Shown: in pieces, positions 50,977-64,000 of the stretch
Numbering within the stretch: position 1 is the first letter of the stretch
How the letters are laid out: each line of letters begins with the position of its first letter
NCBI RefSeq assembly: GCF_033153115.1
Contig: NW_026889782.1
Span: forward strand, 30,814,001 to 30,878,000
Direction of reading: 5' to 3'
Length of the DNA stretch: 64,000 nucleotides
From: Saccostrea echinata
Taxonomy: Eukaryota
Notes under the pieces: generated by a model
What the model saw: only the letters and a program-made list of their open reading frames with translations
Database searches by the model: none
Told to the model about the DNA's origin: nothing
Translations under genes and position numbers: made by a program

Positions 50977-52834
50977 AAAATACACTTAGCTCCATATTTA
51001 GACAGATATGGACACGTTTTACGGTTTAACAAAGGAGCATTAATTTTATGTGATATTAAATTATCGGCACTGTTTATCAGTCTCAATCATCTTCTCTCAT
51101 AGATCCTTGGTCTTCTATTTTTCAACTTCCAAATTAAAGACCGCAAATGGACATTTACCAGACAAATGACGTCAAAGGTTTAAAAAAAAATGTATGTCAC
51201 TTTTTCTTCCCTGGACTTGAATGATGTTGGAAATTTTGATAATAGAATGAAAAGGTTTATAAAAGTGTTCCATAAATCTGTGAAGAATATCTGAGCATCA
51301 ATCTTCAATAGAACAAAAATGTATTAATTTGACAGAAATAATACAGAATAGATCTCAAGCTTTTGAAGATTTAATTGCATATCAATGACATCAGAATTAC
51401 GCTTGAGTAATACAACAGATTTTGGGTATACATTGAAAGTCAGATGACATAAAGGTTTTTGGATAACATGCAATAAAACAAAAATTAAGCTGGAATACGG
51501 AATAAAATATGCAGTATTGTAAACTATCATTATGGTTTTGGTCTTACAACTATATATTAACAAGAATATCGCACATTTATAAAATGTTCTTTTTTAATGG
51601 AGGAGAATGTCTAGTGAAAAATAGTTTTCTGGAATGTGTGGTAAACATATTAAGGTAATGAAATTAAAAGAAAATATCTGTAAATACTGATTAATTACTG
51701 ATTTGATTACAGGTATAGAGGTATGATACACGAGTGAAAATAAGGAAGTATCTATGTAAGAAATCTCATTTCTTTAGAATAAAATCTTTTAAAAAAAAAT
51801 ACATTGCTTGAAAATTACTATTGAAAACATCTATCATATAAATTATCTGTATTAAATTCAAAATGAAGATAAATACAATAAAATTTTACTTTTTTTTTTT
51901 TACTGATTTATCAATGAACTTTTTTTTTTATTAAAGACAGTCTTTTACCTTATTTTCTCTTTACCTGTATAATTAAAGAGATCTTATTTTTTTCGACTTT
52001 TATTATGCTTTTCATGCTGTACACCTCTTCTAAAACACACTTTGATTAAAAAAAAAAAGTTTAAATCTGTATGTTTTGCATTTTTTTTTTTTTTTTTTTT
52101 TTGTATATTTTTCATAATCAACTGAAGGACTTTCTTCATTTGATATTTATTTAAAACTGCTCGTAATGTTTACCGATTTTTTTTATCAATGAATATCTAA
52201 TAATACTATGATTATAGATAAAGAATATCTTTAAAATCATCAGGCTAAGGTATGTTGTAAAGTACCTGATTATGACGTAAATTAAAGTTTACATTTAAAA
52301 TTGCTCATTAGGATCATGCTGCTTTAGCACCTTCATTCATTTATTTAATAAAATTGAATTTAACTCCATAATAATGTGTTGGAGAGGGGGAGGGTTTTAA
52401 CTAAAAGCTAACTTAATTTAACTACATAATAATATGTTGGAGAGGGGTTAACTAAGTATAAAGTAAACAGGATTGCTCGTTTTGGTTTCTGTATCGACGA
52501 AAACGTAGATTGAAGCAAAGCTATCTGACACACAAAATGAAGTATCTGTTATTTTCATATTTTCCTTTCCATATCAACAGGTTGGATTTCTTCTGAGCAG
52601 TAATATTCGTTATCTTCACATTTTATTTTGTATAAAACTATGTAGATTGTATGGATATATATTAAAATTAAAAACTTTAGATTTTTAAATCCTTCACAAA
52701 TTGTCTTTTGTGTACATTAGTCGTGAAGCAGAATGAATCTCAAGGAGGAAAGCAAATTCGGATTGTCAATTATTTCAGTTTACCAAAAGCACAGATTTGC
52801 TGGTTAGGCAATTTTGAAGAGTAATTTTCTCCAA

Positions 52835-53139
52835 TCAGAAACACAGATTTTTGCAGGCTATCACCCGTTGGACCCTTCTTATACAGTTACTAAGACAATC
52901 TGTCATTGGTCGGCGGCTCCTGACGAAATGATGACGTTTCGTTACGTCCTTGGCTTCTACTGGCTTCAAATCGACGTTATTTCCAAACAAAAAGTTTAAA
53001 AAGTTTGTCATTTTATGATAGTACGGTACAACTGCACCGTCATGTACAACATCCAGAATATCAAGAATGTTCATTTCGCTGTTTGCCTTTGATTCTGTAT
53101 GTCCAGCCTGTCTAAAAGTGTTCTCAGATTTCCCAATGC
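52835..53139 (-). CDS. Secreted prepropeptide exon 2: propeptide, KR and RSRR cleavage sites, 4-Cys mature peptide
   Basis: aatatttcag acceptor at 53140; open frame ending RSRR-PMTDCLSNCIRRVQRVIACKNLCF*; phase matches the signal-peptide exon. Confidence 0.75.
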
Positions 53140-56100
53140 CTGAAATATTAAAGAATAAATTGTTTGAAAAGGTCTCAAAACACATAATGAATCTTCGTTT
53201 CACTCATTTAATGGAAATGTGAAGATAATGAACAGCATCTTGCTCAAATCAAACAATACAAATTGAGAGCAAAGGAAACATAGACCTCTGAAAACAAAGG
53301 TAGGATCAGGTGCCATTGAGGAGTAAGTAGCCTTATCGACCCATCACACACAGCTTGTGCTCTATTTCATGAACGGGTAGACGGAAAAAAGAATAAAAAT
53401 AATGGCCTAACAATTATGATTTAATTTTCAAATATTTTGTTTTTGTAGTGAGTGTTTACCGTTTAATGATCACCGTTTAACTACTAATTATGTAATGTAC
53501 ATAAAGATTTCTGAAATGTTAATTAGTGAATTTGCCAAATTACGTATGACTTACATTCTGTACCAAATTTTGAGAAAGATTAAATGGTAAAACATGAGCA
53601 TTTTAATTATTCCAGACCAATATAGAATGGAATTACCAGGCCTTAATACTATAATTTAAGGATAGACTAAAATCAAAAATTAGTACTTGAATATCTTGAT
53701 GTGTAACTAAAAAGATGTTGAAAAGTTCGCAAGTGGGTATAATTATCATATTCAAATAAAAATCATGATGAAAATTTCGTTTTATTTTCATTAGTTAAGT
53801 CTGTTTATGGTACATGTATATGGATCAGCTTTTTAGAGATGGAGCATGTGTGATGATTATCTTCATATGCAAACAGACCATGAAGATATAAATACATTGG
53901 GTGTGGTGTTCCTTGAGAACAACATAAGGTCACGATCGAATGATTTTCAGAAGTATTCCTGGTAATTTTAACAAATTCATATGCTTTATTTCAAACCTCC
54001 CTTCATTTCTTATTTTGATTTATTTTTTAATTAACTATTTAATGTAGTTCAGGTATCTATTAAATGTCTTGAGAGAAAAATATAAGGAAGAAAACTGTGC
54101 AATTTCATATTTCTTAGTATTTTATCACTAAGAAATGGCTTTGTGATTAAAAACTTTTTCAAAATGTTTATTGAGCCGTTAGCAAAAAGCCATATCAGAT
54201 AACAGCGGATGATTTTCTTTCATACACTGTTTAATGAATTAACTCGATGAAACCTTAAATGATTCAAAGACTAATGTATCGTTAAATGGTTACAAATTAC
54301 GCTCGATAGTTACACGAACAGCCCCAAGCTGACCTCAGAGTCTGAGAGTCACAAGAAATTGATATTGATCACGTGATGACTCCTAATTACGTGATTAAGA
54401 TTGTGGACAATAAGAAGTAAAACAGCCATGATATAGGATATTTATAAAATTTAATCACAAGGCATTTTTCACATGTTTTTGACTCTTTCTGTTTTCTTTT
54501 AACTGTCTGTTTGTCTCTGTTTATCCACTAATTAACACTTTCCTGATTAGGTGTATGAAATTGATTTTCGTGCAAAATGTACTTGGTTACTTGAATGTTT
54601 AAAGCTTTTATTTCCGCCATTAATATTCTCACGTCCATTCATTATTTGAGGATTTGCTCCTTGTTAAAATTTGGTCAGTATTTTCCAGCAATCAATACCA
54701 AAGGACTATAAAATAACTGAAATCAAACATCTATTTCGGTGGGGGTTTTTGAAGGGGAGGGGGCTTGTGTTTTTTTAGTATGCTATGATTTAAAGAAACA
54801 TTTAAATTAATTGATTGTATGAGGTGACAATTGACATAGGATCAAATGATAATTATTATAAGCTGCACACCCGCTGCATAATTAAGATTTCAAGTCTAGA
54901 TAAATTCAACTTCCAGACTTATTGACTATAATGAAATTAATACTGTAGAAAGTGGACACACAGATGAATTTCTACTTAAAAATAGAAAGTTTTTGAATTT
55001 ACTGGGTGGAGGCAAATACCTAATGTACAACACAATATACATCAGATTTTGAGATGTTATTCTTAGAAAACAAATTGTGATAGGCCAAAAGCAGGTTTAA
55101 TTGAATGTCGCTAAAGACAGCTCATTTTTGGGGTGTTTGTTGTTTGAAACATTTCACAAATTCTGTGGTCTTTTCCAAAAAATGACATTTTGTAGATCGA
55201 CTAATGTATTAATACAAATTTGGGTCTACAGTTTTCTTCTGGCACATCTGATGTTTTAAAGGTCCGTGTTTGCTCTGCTCTGTTGTTTAATTAGACTTCT
55301 GAGCGTGATTACTTTTCGTAATTTTCACATTTGATCAGGAGAGTTATAAGTGTATCTGTATTTTAACTATTTTTATAGAAGATTTAAAAAAAAAAAAGAA
55401 GAGATTTCTGTTTTTTCTGTATAGGTTCACACAGTAGAAGATTTATTTACATTTCGAACGCACACTTTAAGGATATAAATAACAAATGTGGCCGTTTATT
55501 ACATTGAAACAAACTTCTACTTAAAACAGACAGCCCATATATTTTTCGTCTATTTAAAAATTAAGCGTTGAAGGCGAGACGCCATGTCCATTGACACTCG
55601 AGTGATTTACTACTGTTTTACACCAAACGACGCGGCCATTTTCCAATCTCAATGGCTGACTCTGTGACGTAGCTACCCCATTTGTATCATATTAGGGCCA
55701 TTCTGCGTTTGAAATTATCAAATGTCAATTTGTCATTAACAAACATCTAGAGTATGTCGAATAAAAGTTTTCTTGGTCAGATTGAATATTAAGCATTTAA
55801 TCACGGAGCTGTATCTAACGAGGCCATTGGGTGCAACTTCCTTTAGTAAAATGTGTTAACTGATTAATAAGGATTTATTTCTATGTTGGACATATTTTCA
55901 TCTTTGTCAATTTTAAGGAGGGCGTACTTCCGTTAGCAAAGAAATAAAATGTATTTAAGATTACATGGAACCTAAAATTATATCCTTTGAAATCGAGCAT
56001 TTAAAAACAGTTTATAGTTTACGTGTACCTGCATGAATCTGAATCTCTTTTAGTATTCAGTGACTTCTTAACACTTGTTATGTTAATAGCTATGAAAGAG

Positions 56101-56589
56101 GGTTTTTGCCTTTAATGATTTTTAATGTTTATATCGAAACATCATTAATTCTTATCTTTCTGTCATTTGAAGCATGATTTCATTTCCTAATTGAAACTAA
56201 TGCAAAACATAACCACTTCAAATCATTCTTGCTCATCACTTTTAAGGAAAACACAGAAGGGCTTTGTTTTTAAGAAAGATATAATTTTTTAAGTAATGAA
56301 AAAAAGGGAAAAATAACGAACAGAAATTGACCTCATAAATCCAGTAAAACGTACAAATCGTGAACATGGAAAACAGGGACCCCTGAAAACACTAAAAGTG
56401 GGGTCAGATGCAACCCTGTCGAAAGGTCACAAGTTATAATATTACTTGAAATAACAATGACTTTGCCTGATATATATAAGACGTGGATAATGTAATTTAA
56501 TTAACTAAGTTATACTCCTTGACGAAAATAAATCGTAGCGAAGGCAATAAGAAGTGAGGCAGAGGAGGTATATTACAAGAAGATCTTAG

Positions 56590-57930
56590 GACAAAATACT
56601 TCAAAATAATGTCAGTTTTTCAATATTTTTAATTTCATCAAAAAGAAAACGGAATTGGAATTACCGTAACTTAGCATACTGGATTTCTAAACTTTATAAA
56701 AATCCTTTCAAAAAAGATTATCTACCAAGCTCTTTCTGTACTCCTCACGAAAATATTAACAGCAGTAAAGGAGAAATTTCAGGAGTACTGTATAACAACA
56801 ATGTCGAGAAGTGGATTTAATCAGATTCCTAGGAACTTTCAGTAAATTTGAAGTCACAAAATTTTACCAAAATTAACAATTTATACAGCTATTTTTCACA
56901 TTAAAATAAGACCAAACTTTATGATATCATTGACAACTATTTCTTTAATGAAAATGGAAAACGTAAGTTTGCATACTTTATCATTGGTCATCTGCAGACT
57001 TATTTTGATTAAAAAACATTTTGATTCTACACTCAGGTAGTACGAGGTTGATATTAATAGATGCTTGAGTTTCTCATTGGCAATATCAATGTATTTTTCG
57101 CAACCAGATCTTTAAACAGTCTGTTTTAAATTCCAATGAGTACCAATTGCGCCCCGTTATTAGCAAACTGTTTTTGCATTCATATGAAGCAGAATTCATT
57201 CAAAAAATTCTACATGAAAAAAAAAGTCTCTTGATGTGGCCTTCAAATCGACATTTATCTATATCGCCGACGTTTAAGAAACAATAATCAGTTTCATTCA
57301 TACGTTGATTCGATATATCCCAATTAACTCGAAATTCAAGACACAGAGTCTAACGCATCTGTTTCATATTTGAATATTTTACTAGAAAAAGACATTCTAA
57401 ACATGACAACTAAATTTTATGATAAACGTGATGACTTCAACCTTCTATCCTTAACTTGTCCTATTTATATAGCAAGATACCACTTTTATTTGCATATGAA
57501 ATTTATTTCTCCCGGTTGATACGATACGCAAGAGCAAATTCTACATACAATGTCTAAAACGAAACAGGCTATTGACAAAAGGTTGATGATAATCTAATTA
57601 AGAGTCAACATTTTGCAAATTCTATGGTCGACACAATGACTTTGTTTGTAAATACAATCTGTCGGTGGGTCAAATTTTGACTAACATCTTTCATACAAAT
57701 TGTTAACGATATTTCATTATTTTCACACTAAACTATCTGCGGATTTTTTCGTTTACCCGATCGTGACAGGGAACACACGGTGGGTGTGACCGTTCGGCAG
57801 GGGATGTTTACTCCTCCATGGCACATGATCCCACCTCAGTTCAGAGGTCCGTGTTGTTTCTGTTCCTAATTTCCATTGTTTAAATGGACTTTTGATTGAG
57901 AATTTTATTGTTAGTCATATTCACATTTCA
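56590..57930 (+). mobile_element. Decayed Penelope-like retroelement: RT + 3' end, in the peptide-gene intron
   Basis: Remnants of YWIxKLxKNP, IPMxTNCAPLLA, SYEAEFIQK, YIxDV, FYDKRDDFN, FYGR followed by the 3' UTR block; no downstream GIY-YIG seen. Confidence 0.8.
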
Positions 57931-58261
57931 TATCTATTTATTCCAACAGCTTAAGAATAGATAGGAATATGAAATATGGGAGATTTTGTTTTTCTTTAAA
58001 TGGAAACGACCGGAAAACGTTACCCTCAAATGAGTATAATTTTATCTGTGCGACTTCTAATGTTATAAGTAGAACATACCATACACAAAGTCGAAAGCAT
58101 ATCATGAAAGAATCAACTTTTCTTCCTCATTTTCATATACTAATTTATTTTTACAAATACACTTGTTAACTAAATAGCATTTTCTTACTAGAAAAAGAAC
58201 TAGTTTTTGTTTAGGAAGTGAACAAAAATAATTAATGCTCACAATTTAATAAACGCCATAT

Positions 58262-58407
58262 ATCCGGTCGGCAGGGGATGCTCACTCCTCCATGGCACCT
58301 GATCCCACCTCTGATGTTTGGAGAACCTTGTTTGCTCTGCTCCTATTTTGTATTGTTTAATGGACTTTTGAGCTTGAATACTGTTCGTTATCTCCATATA
58401 TTTCATA
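58262..58407 (+). mobile_element. Penelope-like 3'-end fragment (more at ~11420-11600, 34283-34421, 38910-39070, 46620-46710, 53210-53420, 55240-55335, 56310-56430)
   Basis: Shared block ggcaggggatgctcactcctccatggcacctgatcccacctctg...tgttcgttatctccatat in either orientation. Confidence 0.75.
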
Positions 58408-60024
58408 TCATATCTTTTACAAAGCACAGAATTTTGTAAAGTTTTTTAAGTACATGAAATAGTAACATTTCTTTTTTGAAGGTTGCAGTAAATCCACCTT
58501 CACCCAAGATATTCTGTATTACTAATAATATTATATTATTAATAAAAGAAAGGCTGCATTACTTTAAACCATCATCAGAAAATGATGGAGGCACATGGAA
58601 TCTGGCTTTAATTGATACAGAGAGTAGAAGTATTTCCTCTTTGCAAGGTTTTTGCTATTTCATGCCCTGATTATATATTACAGATAATTAATCTGTGACT
58701 GTTTGGTTTGAGTAATACTTGGCGATAATGCAATCCAAACATTAAATGAGGTTCAGGTTAAAATATGGAGGACAATGGAAGAAATTGGTACCTAGATTTC
58801 CTCATTTACAAGAAATTCGTGTTGGTATTAATAATTGGCTAGCATTTTATAGATTTGAAAAGTTTGAAATAAATACGACAGTTTTTACTTTTAATATCAC
58901 GTCTTATTTATTTGCTTTTTTACTTCCAATATAGATATTAATTAGTTAAGAATATTTACATTTTTATAACCTGCAATACTATGATCTACAATCAAAGCAC
59001 AGAATGATTATAATGATACTTTACATTTCATTTCACAGAGTATTGTTTTAAAGAATATTTTTTTCGTGTGATCATAATAAGGATATTGTTTAATTATTCA
59101 TGAAATCTTTAAATAGCTTTACAGACAGACAAACACGGAAAACGATGAACAGAAAAACAGAAGATGGACAAACATTGTCCTAGGTACCTCCTGATTAATT
59201 CATTAAAATCGATTTCATTGTTTTATCTTTCTTTGTTTGCTTGCTTGCTTGATTTTTTTAATCAATCTTTTCAGAAATACATTTATATATTCTTTGGCCA
59301 ATTATTTCATTTATTTATTTATTTATTTGTGTTGATTGATTTATTATTCCTATGAATGATTTCTCTGACCAAATTTAAAAGCATGTGTTATTCCTGTCTC
59401 TTATGTCTAATATATCATGTTTTATTACGAAGCGAAAACTTGCATAGAAATGCTTCAAATATACAATATTATAAATTTTCAGTGACATACATGTATTTTA
59501 AGCATTCAGTTTATTTGATGATAGGTTACTAATATATAGACAAATAGAAATGATGAATGTAAAAAAGAAACAAAATGTTTACGAATTCCGTTAAAGTTTT
59601 AGGAGAAGGGTATGCATCCTTTACACAATGGCTTACAAGGTATGATAACTTTTGTAAAACCTTAATAACATTTAACATTTTAAGTCCAGAAAAATCAACA
59701 ACGTTTTCCGTATATCTCAACTATTTCGGGCATTGATCCGACAGAGGATTCAAAACTTCTTGGAGATCAGTCTCCTAAACTGTAGGGTTAAAAATTGTTT
59801 GCCAAAAGTAATTGTACTCAGTTTGTATTAATGGTGCACTCAATGTGTATTAATGTAGATTTTAAAAAAAAGAAACATATTTTTTCCTTTTTTTAGTACA
59901 TTCATTATCAAAGTTGCTACTATCGCAAATCTTTTTATATCCCGTTTGAGGAATTGGTTATAACCTGTTCAACATAATTACTAATTAATGAAGAAGATAA
60001 TTAAAATGATATAGAGTGTCTTAC

Positions 60025-60076
60025 CTGACTGATATAACAGTGACAGTACCAGACATAACATCATTCCCAATCTCAT
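60025..60076 (-). CDS. Secreted prepropeptide exon 1: signal peptide MRLGMMLCLVLSLLYQS(G)
   Basis: ATG + basic residue + hydrophobic core; consensus CAG|gtaaga donor, phase 1. Confidence 0.72.
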
Positions 60077-60504
60077 ATTCCTCCGTAATTCCTGTCAAAA
60101 CAGTCCTGTTCCTTAAAGTCCAGAAAGATACGGAATTCGTAACGTGTTTGGTTCTATATCTTAGTCTTATCCACTGATGTGCTCTGTTCTTGGAGCATAA
60201 TGTCTTAAAGTCAGATTAATTTAATTTAAGAATTCTTATTTTCTTATTAATCAAATATTTTTGCAGAACCTGGCACGGTTACCTCGGGAATCTAAGGTTT
60301 GATAGAAAATGATAGTCTTTCTTAGAGTAGATGTATGACTGGTGTAGAAATAACAAATTGCCTTGAAACAGTCGTCCTTTTAAGTAATATAGATGGCTTA
60401 ATCAAACATTACTTGGTATTAAACGCCAAGATATCATTTTACAGAAAACACTTGCTAAACGACATAGATCTCAATATTGCATTAATTACTAGCTAGGACA
60501 TCTA

Positions 60505-60548
60505 TATTTATAAACAAGGTCTCCTTCGCTAGTGTAGTGTGACGTCAC
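60505..60548 (-). promoter_or_regulatory. TATA box + full CRE upstream of the peptide gene
   Basis: TATAAATA on - at 60505-60512; palindromic gTGACGTCAc at 60539-60548. Confidence 0.55.
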
Positions 60549-61404
60549 AATTGCTCTCCGTAATATGTTTATTAATGTCGTTTGATATACGCCTTCTTGA
60601 CATACCATCATAATCAATATTAATTATTGGTTAAGTAAATTTTCAGAACTTCAGAATTTTTCCCTAAAAATATTGCAGGGGCGGGAGATCCTATATATAT
60701 AACATTTTAAATAAAATCTTCAGGCAAAATGGGTGAAAAATATATCCTTTCGTTTACCGAAAAAAAATTCCGACACATGATTTATCATTTAATTTACCCT
60801 TACTGTTGAATGTTTGAAAGGTCTTGGTGACATAGTAAGTGATATAATTTTATCTAATCTTCAGCAGTGTTTTATTGTTAATTGACACTAACTGGAATCA
60901 GTTATCTGTTAGATTAGTTACGTCCTTACTTACGTTGTAAGTTATGTGAAAGTGCAAATTGGTTAAAACAATACAATTCATACAAAATAAAGGCATTTTT
61001 AATAAATGGTAAGAAAATCCAATATGATTAGATAACCTCATGTGTTAAATAGGATGGTAAATGATGTTGGTGTAGGATGAAGAGACTCTTGATTAAATTA
61101 CCTGATCATGTTTCCTATTGTAAGGACAAAAAGTTGATTTGTTTACTAACAATGTTCCTACATTCATCCTGTATGGAAGAAAAGAAAAAATTCGAAAATA
61201 AAACTTATTCTCAATACAGTTAAAGCTTGATTTAAGATTTTAAATATTGCATTTTTGTTAAAAAAAAAAATTAGGCACCTACATGTAATTCGAACCATAA
61301 CACGTGGTATTACATCGACAAGGAAGTATTAACTCCTAATTCCTTTAAATATTTTTTTTTAAATAAAGTAAAGAATCACAACATGTAAACTCTAATTTGA
61401 AATA

Positions 61405-61630
61405 CTATGGAATCATTAAAATTCGTTGAGGCCAATTTTCGTGAATTGCCTAAATTTTAAATGTTCGAGGGGGACGTAATTTCGTGCATTCCCTCATTGT
61501 TACAAAAAGATTACCTTTAAAAAATTCTTCTTGCTAATTCGTTGAGGATGTGAATCAACGAATTATTAATTGGGAATTGACTCGCGAACTCCACGAATTT
61601 GAGCAACTACGAAATCTAATGATTCCACGG
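61405..61630. mobile_element. MITE with TA TSD
   Basis: ta|ctatggaatcatta ... taatgattccacgg|ta. Confidence 0.75.
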
Positions 61631-62588
61631 TATGCAGGAAATTATGAAGGTACTTTTATCAGATTGTACTTTTGTAACATTTTTGTTGTTCATATTGGAC
61701 TTAAAATTTGTGTGCATACAGATACTTATCATTGTTTTTAAACAGACCTTATGAAACTTGAATTTAAATGTCATTAAGTCCATTTTTGAACGACGTCATT
61801 ACGTAAAGAGTAGCCGCGCTGACTAATTAAATTATCAGAAGATGAAAGCCCAACTCACACGACTCTTATTAACACTTTCTTAATTGGAGGATTAAAGTAG
61901 TCATATTAACGACTGATTTACGATGTGTTGTTTCCCATTTACACTTCACATCACATCCATTTTTATACCAAACTAATATGGCAGACACGCTAATGAATGG
62001 GAAAATGACGTGCAACTTTTATAGTCCCGGAAAGGGTCAAACGCACGTAATATTTATTAAGGATGTATTTTTTTTATTATTATTATAATTTGAAGCATGT
62101 CAATATTCACATTTAATGCAATGAGAGCTAATTGATTTTTTATCTGAAGTCTCGTAGTAAGCATGGTAATTAATAGCAGTCAGAAGGAATATCACGTGAC
62201 ACCAGAGTAGTCGGCGGTTTTCGGTCTAATGAATAAACAAAGTTCAACGCTGGGTCAAACGTTCTTAAAGAAATCTATATCCTTAATTTTCTCCTATTAT
62301 TATTCACAATTGGCCTTTTACTATAGAAAATGTTGTTTAGTATAACATTGATAGAAAAGATGCTGGAGAAAAGTATTTTTATAAATAAAATTGAAATAAA
62401 TGAACAAAAATATTAAGACAGACGTTAAGAGTTGTTGTAGAGAAAAATAATGATATTTTGTTGAAACGAAGTTCGAGTCAATCTTCATGTTTTATTAACT
62501 TGTTGAATGCTTTATTGAATATTTTATCGTGTACTTTAATGTACTTGTATATTCTTTAACTTATTGAATACATATTTTATACTTTATT

Positions 62589-63221
62589 GTGAAATATGGA
62601 GATAACGAACAGTGTTCAAGCTCAAAGTCCATTAAAACAATACAAATCGGGAGCAGAGCAAACACAGACCTCCAAAAAAAGAGGTGGGATCAGGCGCCAT
62701 GGAGAAGTGAGCATCCCCTGCCGACCGGTTACACCCGCCGTGTGCTCCTTGTCATGACGGTAAATAACGAAAACATCCGTCGACAATTCGGTGTGTAAAT
62801 AATGGCCTAACAATTCGTATGAAAAACCTCAGTCAGCATATGACTTAATGATAGATTGTATTTGCTGACAAGGTCATTGTATTGACAATAGAACTTACGA
62901 AATGATGACCTAAAACGAGACTCTTGATATGCTCTACGTATGTACAATTTCTAAAACGAGGTAAATTATTGACAAACAAGTTGATGAAACAAGAATATCA
63001 GCATTCTCGTTTAAAGTCATCATTTCGTAAGTTCTATGGTCGATACAATGACCTTGTCAGCAAATACAATTTATCATTGAGTCAAATGCTGACTGACTTT
63101 TTTCATACTAATTGTTAGGCCATTATTTACAAACTGAATTGTCCACGGATTTTACCGTTATTTCCCGATCATGACAAGGACTTTTGAGCTTGAATACTGT
63201 TCGTTATCTCCATATATTTCA
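62589..63221. mobile_element. Penelope-like insertion with inverted duplicate 3' ends
   Basis: 62745-62923 is the reverse complement of ~63004-63180; the right arm encodes the RT C-terminus RLKSSFRKFYGRYNDLV...*. Confidence 0.8.
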
Positions 63222-63279
63222 TTCTTGTTTCAACAACTTGTTTGTCAATAACTTACATCGTTTTAGAAATTGTTCATAC

Positions 63280-63900
63280 GTAGAGTACTTTATTTTAATG
63301 GTATATCTTATTATAATTCCATTACTGTATTTTCTGATTTAATATCCTTGTTATATTTCAGTTTTTTCTATAACGAAATAGTATTGTATTATTGTATTCT
63401 TTATTATTCCCAATTGTATACTTTAAAGTATACCTTATTGTACACCTTATTATATATATTTTTCTTGTAATATAAATATTATGCATTTCCTAATTGTATA
63501 TTCTTAAAGTATATCTCCATATTGTATAGCTAATTGTATACAATATGTATATCTTTGTATATTTTATTTTGTTTCTTATTTATGCCCTTTTTATACTTCT
63601 TTACAGTATTTCTGTATTTCTTATCTCTTACTTTATACCCTATTATATTATCTTTACTGTATACCCATATTGTATATCCTGACTGTTACATTATTTTATA
63701 CTCAAATTAAATATTCTTATTGTATATCTTATCACATTTTCTTATTTTTAATATCTTTTCTTCTTATTATTATTAACATGAATTTTTGTATATTTTTGTG
63801 TATATATCTCAATCTTATACATGTACTTAATCGTTATCCTTATTGTATTCTTTCCTGGTATCAAAAGTATATTTAACACATATTTATCATAAATGAAAAT
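63280..63900. repeat. AT-rich low-complexity tract
   Basis: Degenerate tattgtat/ttatt motifs, strongly T-skewed. Confidence 0.6.
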
Positions 63901-64000
63901 ATTAAATAATGTTGAATGGTGTATAATTCAGTTTTATTAGTATTTTATTGATCATAATCAGTTTTCCTTTATCCCTTTTGCTTGTCCTTTAATAAAACGA

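Noticed and set aside
58264-58315. HDV-like ribozyme in the Penelope 3' block (ggtcggc...ctcctccatggc)
   Set aside because: The loop resembles HDV L3, but P3 pairing and the GG needed for P1.1 are missing.
63270-63876. Hydrophobic ORFs as membrane proteins
   Set aside because: Products of a T-rich low-complexity tract.

Overview
AT-rich, intron-rich animal DNA, not prokaryotic. The repeat landscape (Helentron-type HINEs with central satellite arrays, Nin/Deu-type SINE, Penelope-like RT remnants) suggests a bivalve, probably an oyster; this is an inference. Four gene units were reconstructed by hand, using splice sites and reading frame. (1) The 3' half of a neogenin/DCC/frazzled gene on + (621-14784: TM helix, P1 'PPDLWIH', P2-like 'RSF', P3 'EMANLDCLMKDLNAIT'). 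(2, 3) Two tandem paralogs on - of a 3-coding-exon NLR-like gene: DZIP3-like HEPN with RNKYYGH motif + STAND (nSTAND3-like) NTPase + ~18-20 ankyrin repeats, ending in RRYSI. They arose in a ~16-20 kb tandem duplication that also copied neogenin's last exon and 3'UTR. Copy 1 keeps an open HEPN-NTPase frame but has a broken ankyrin array. Copy 2 has an intact array and three 1-nt frameshifts at homopolymers, possibly assembly errors. (4) A two-exon 118-aa secreted prepropeptide on - (60076-52835) that the ORF track cannot show whole, with a furin site, a CxxxC-x9-CxxxC mature peptide and a TATA+CRE promoter. Other notable structures: a 61-bp minisatellite made of exon end + splice donor, and a 1.08-kb insertion whose interior is the reverse complement of its own circle junction. 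All calls are by eye; no database searches were run.
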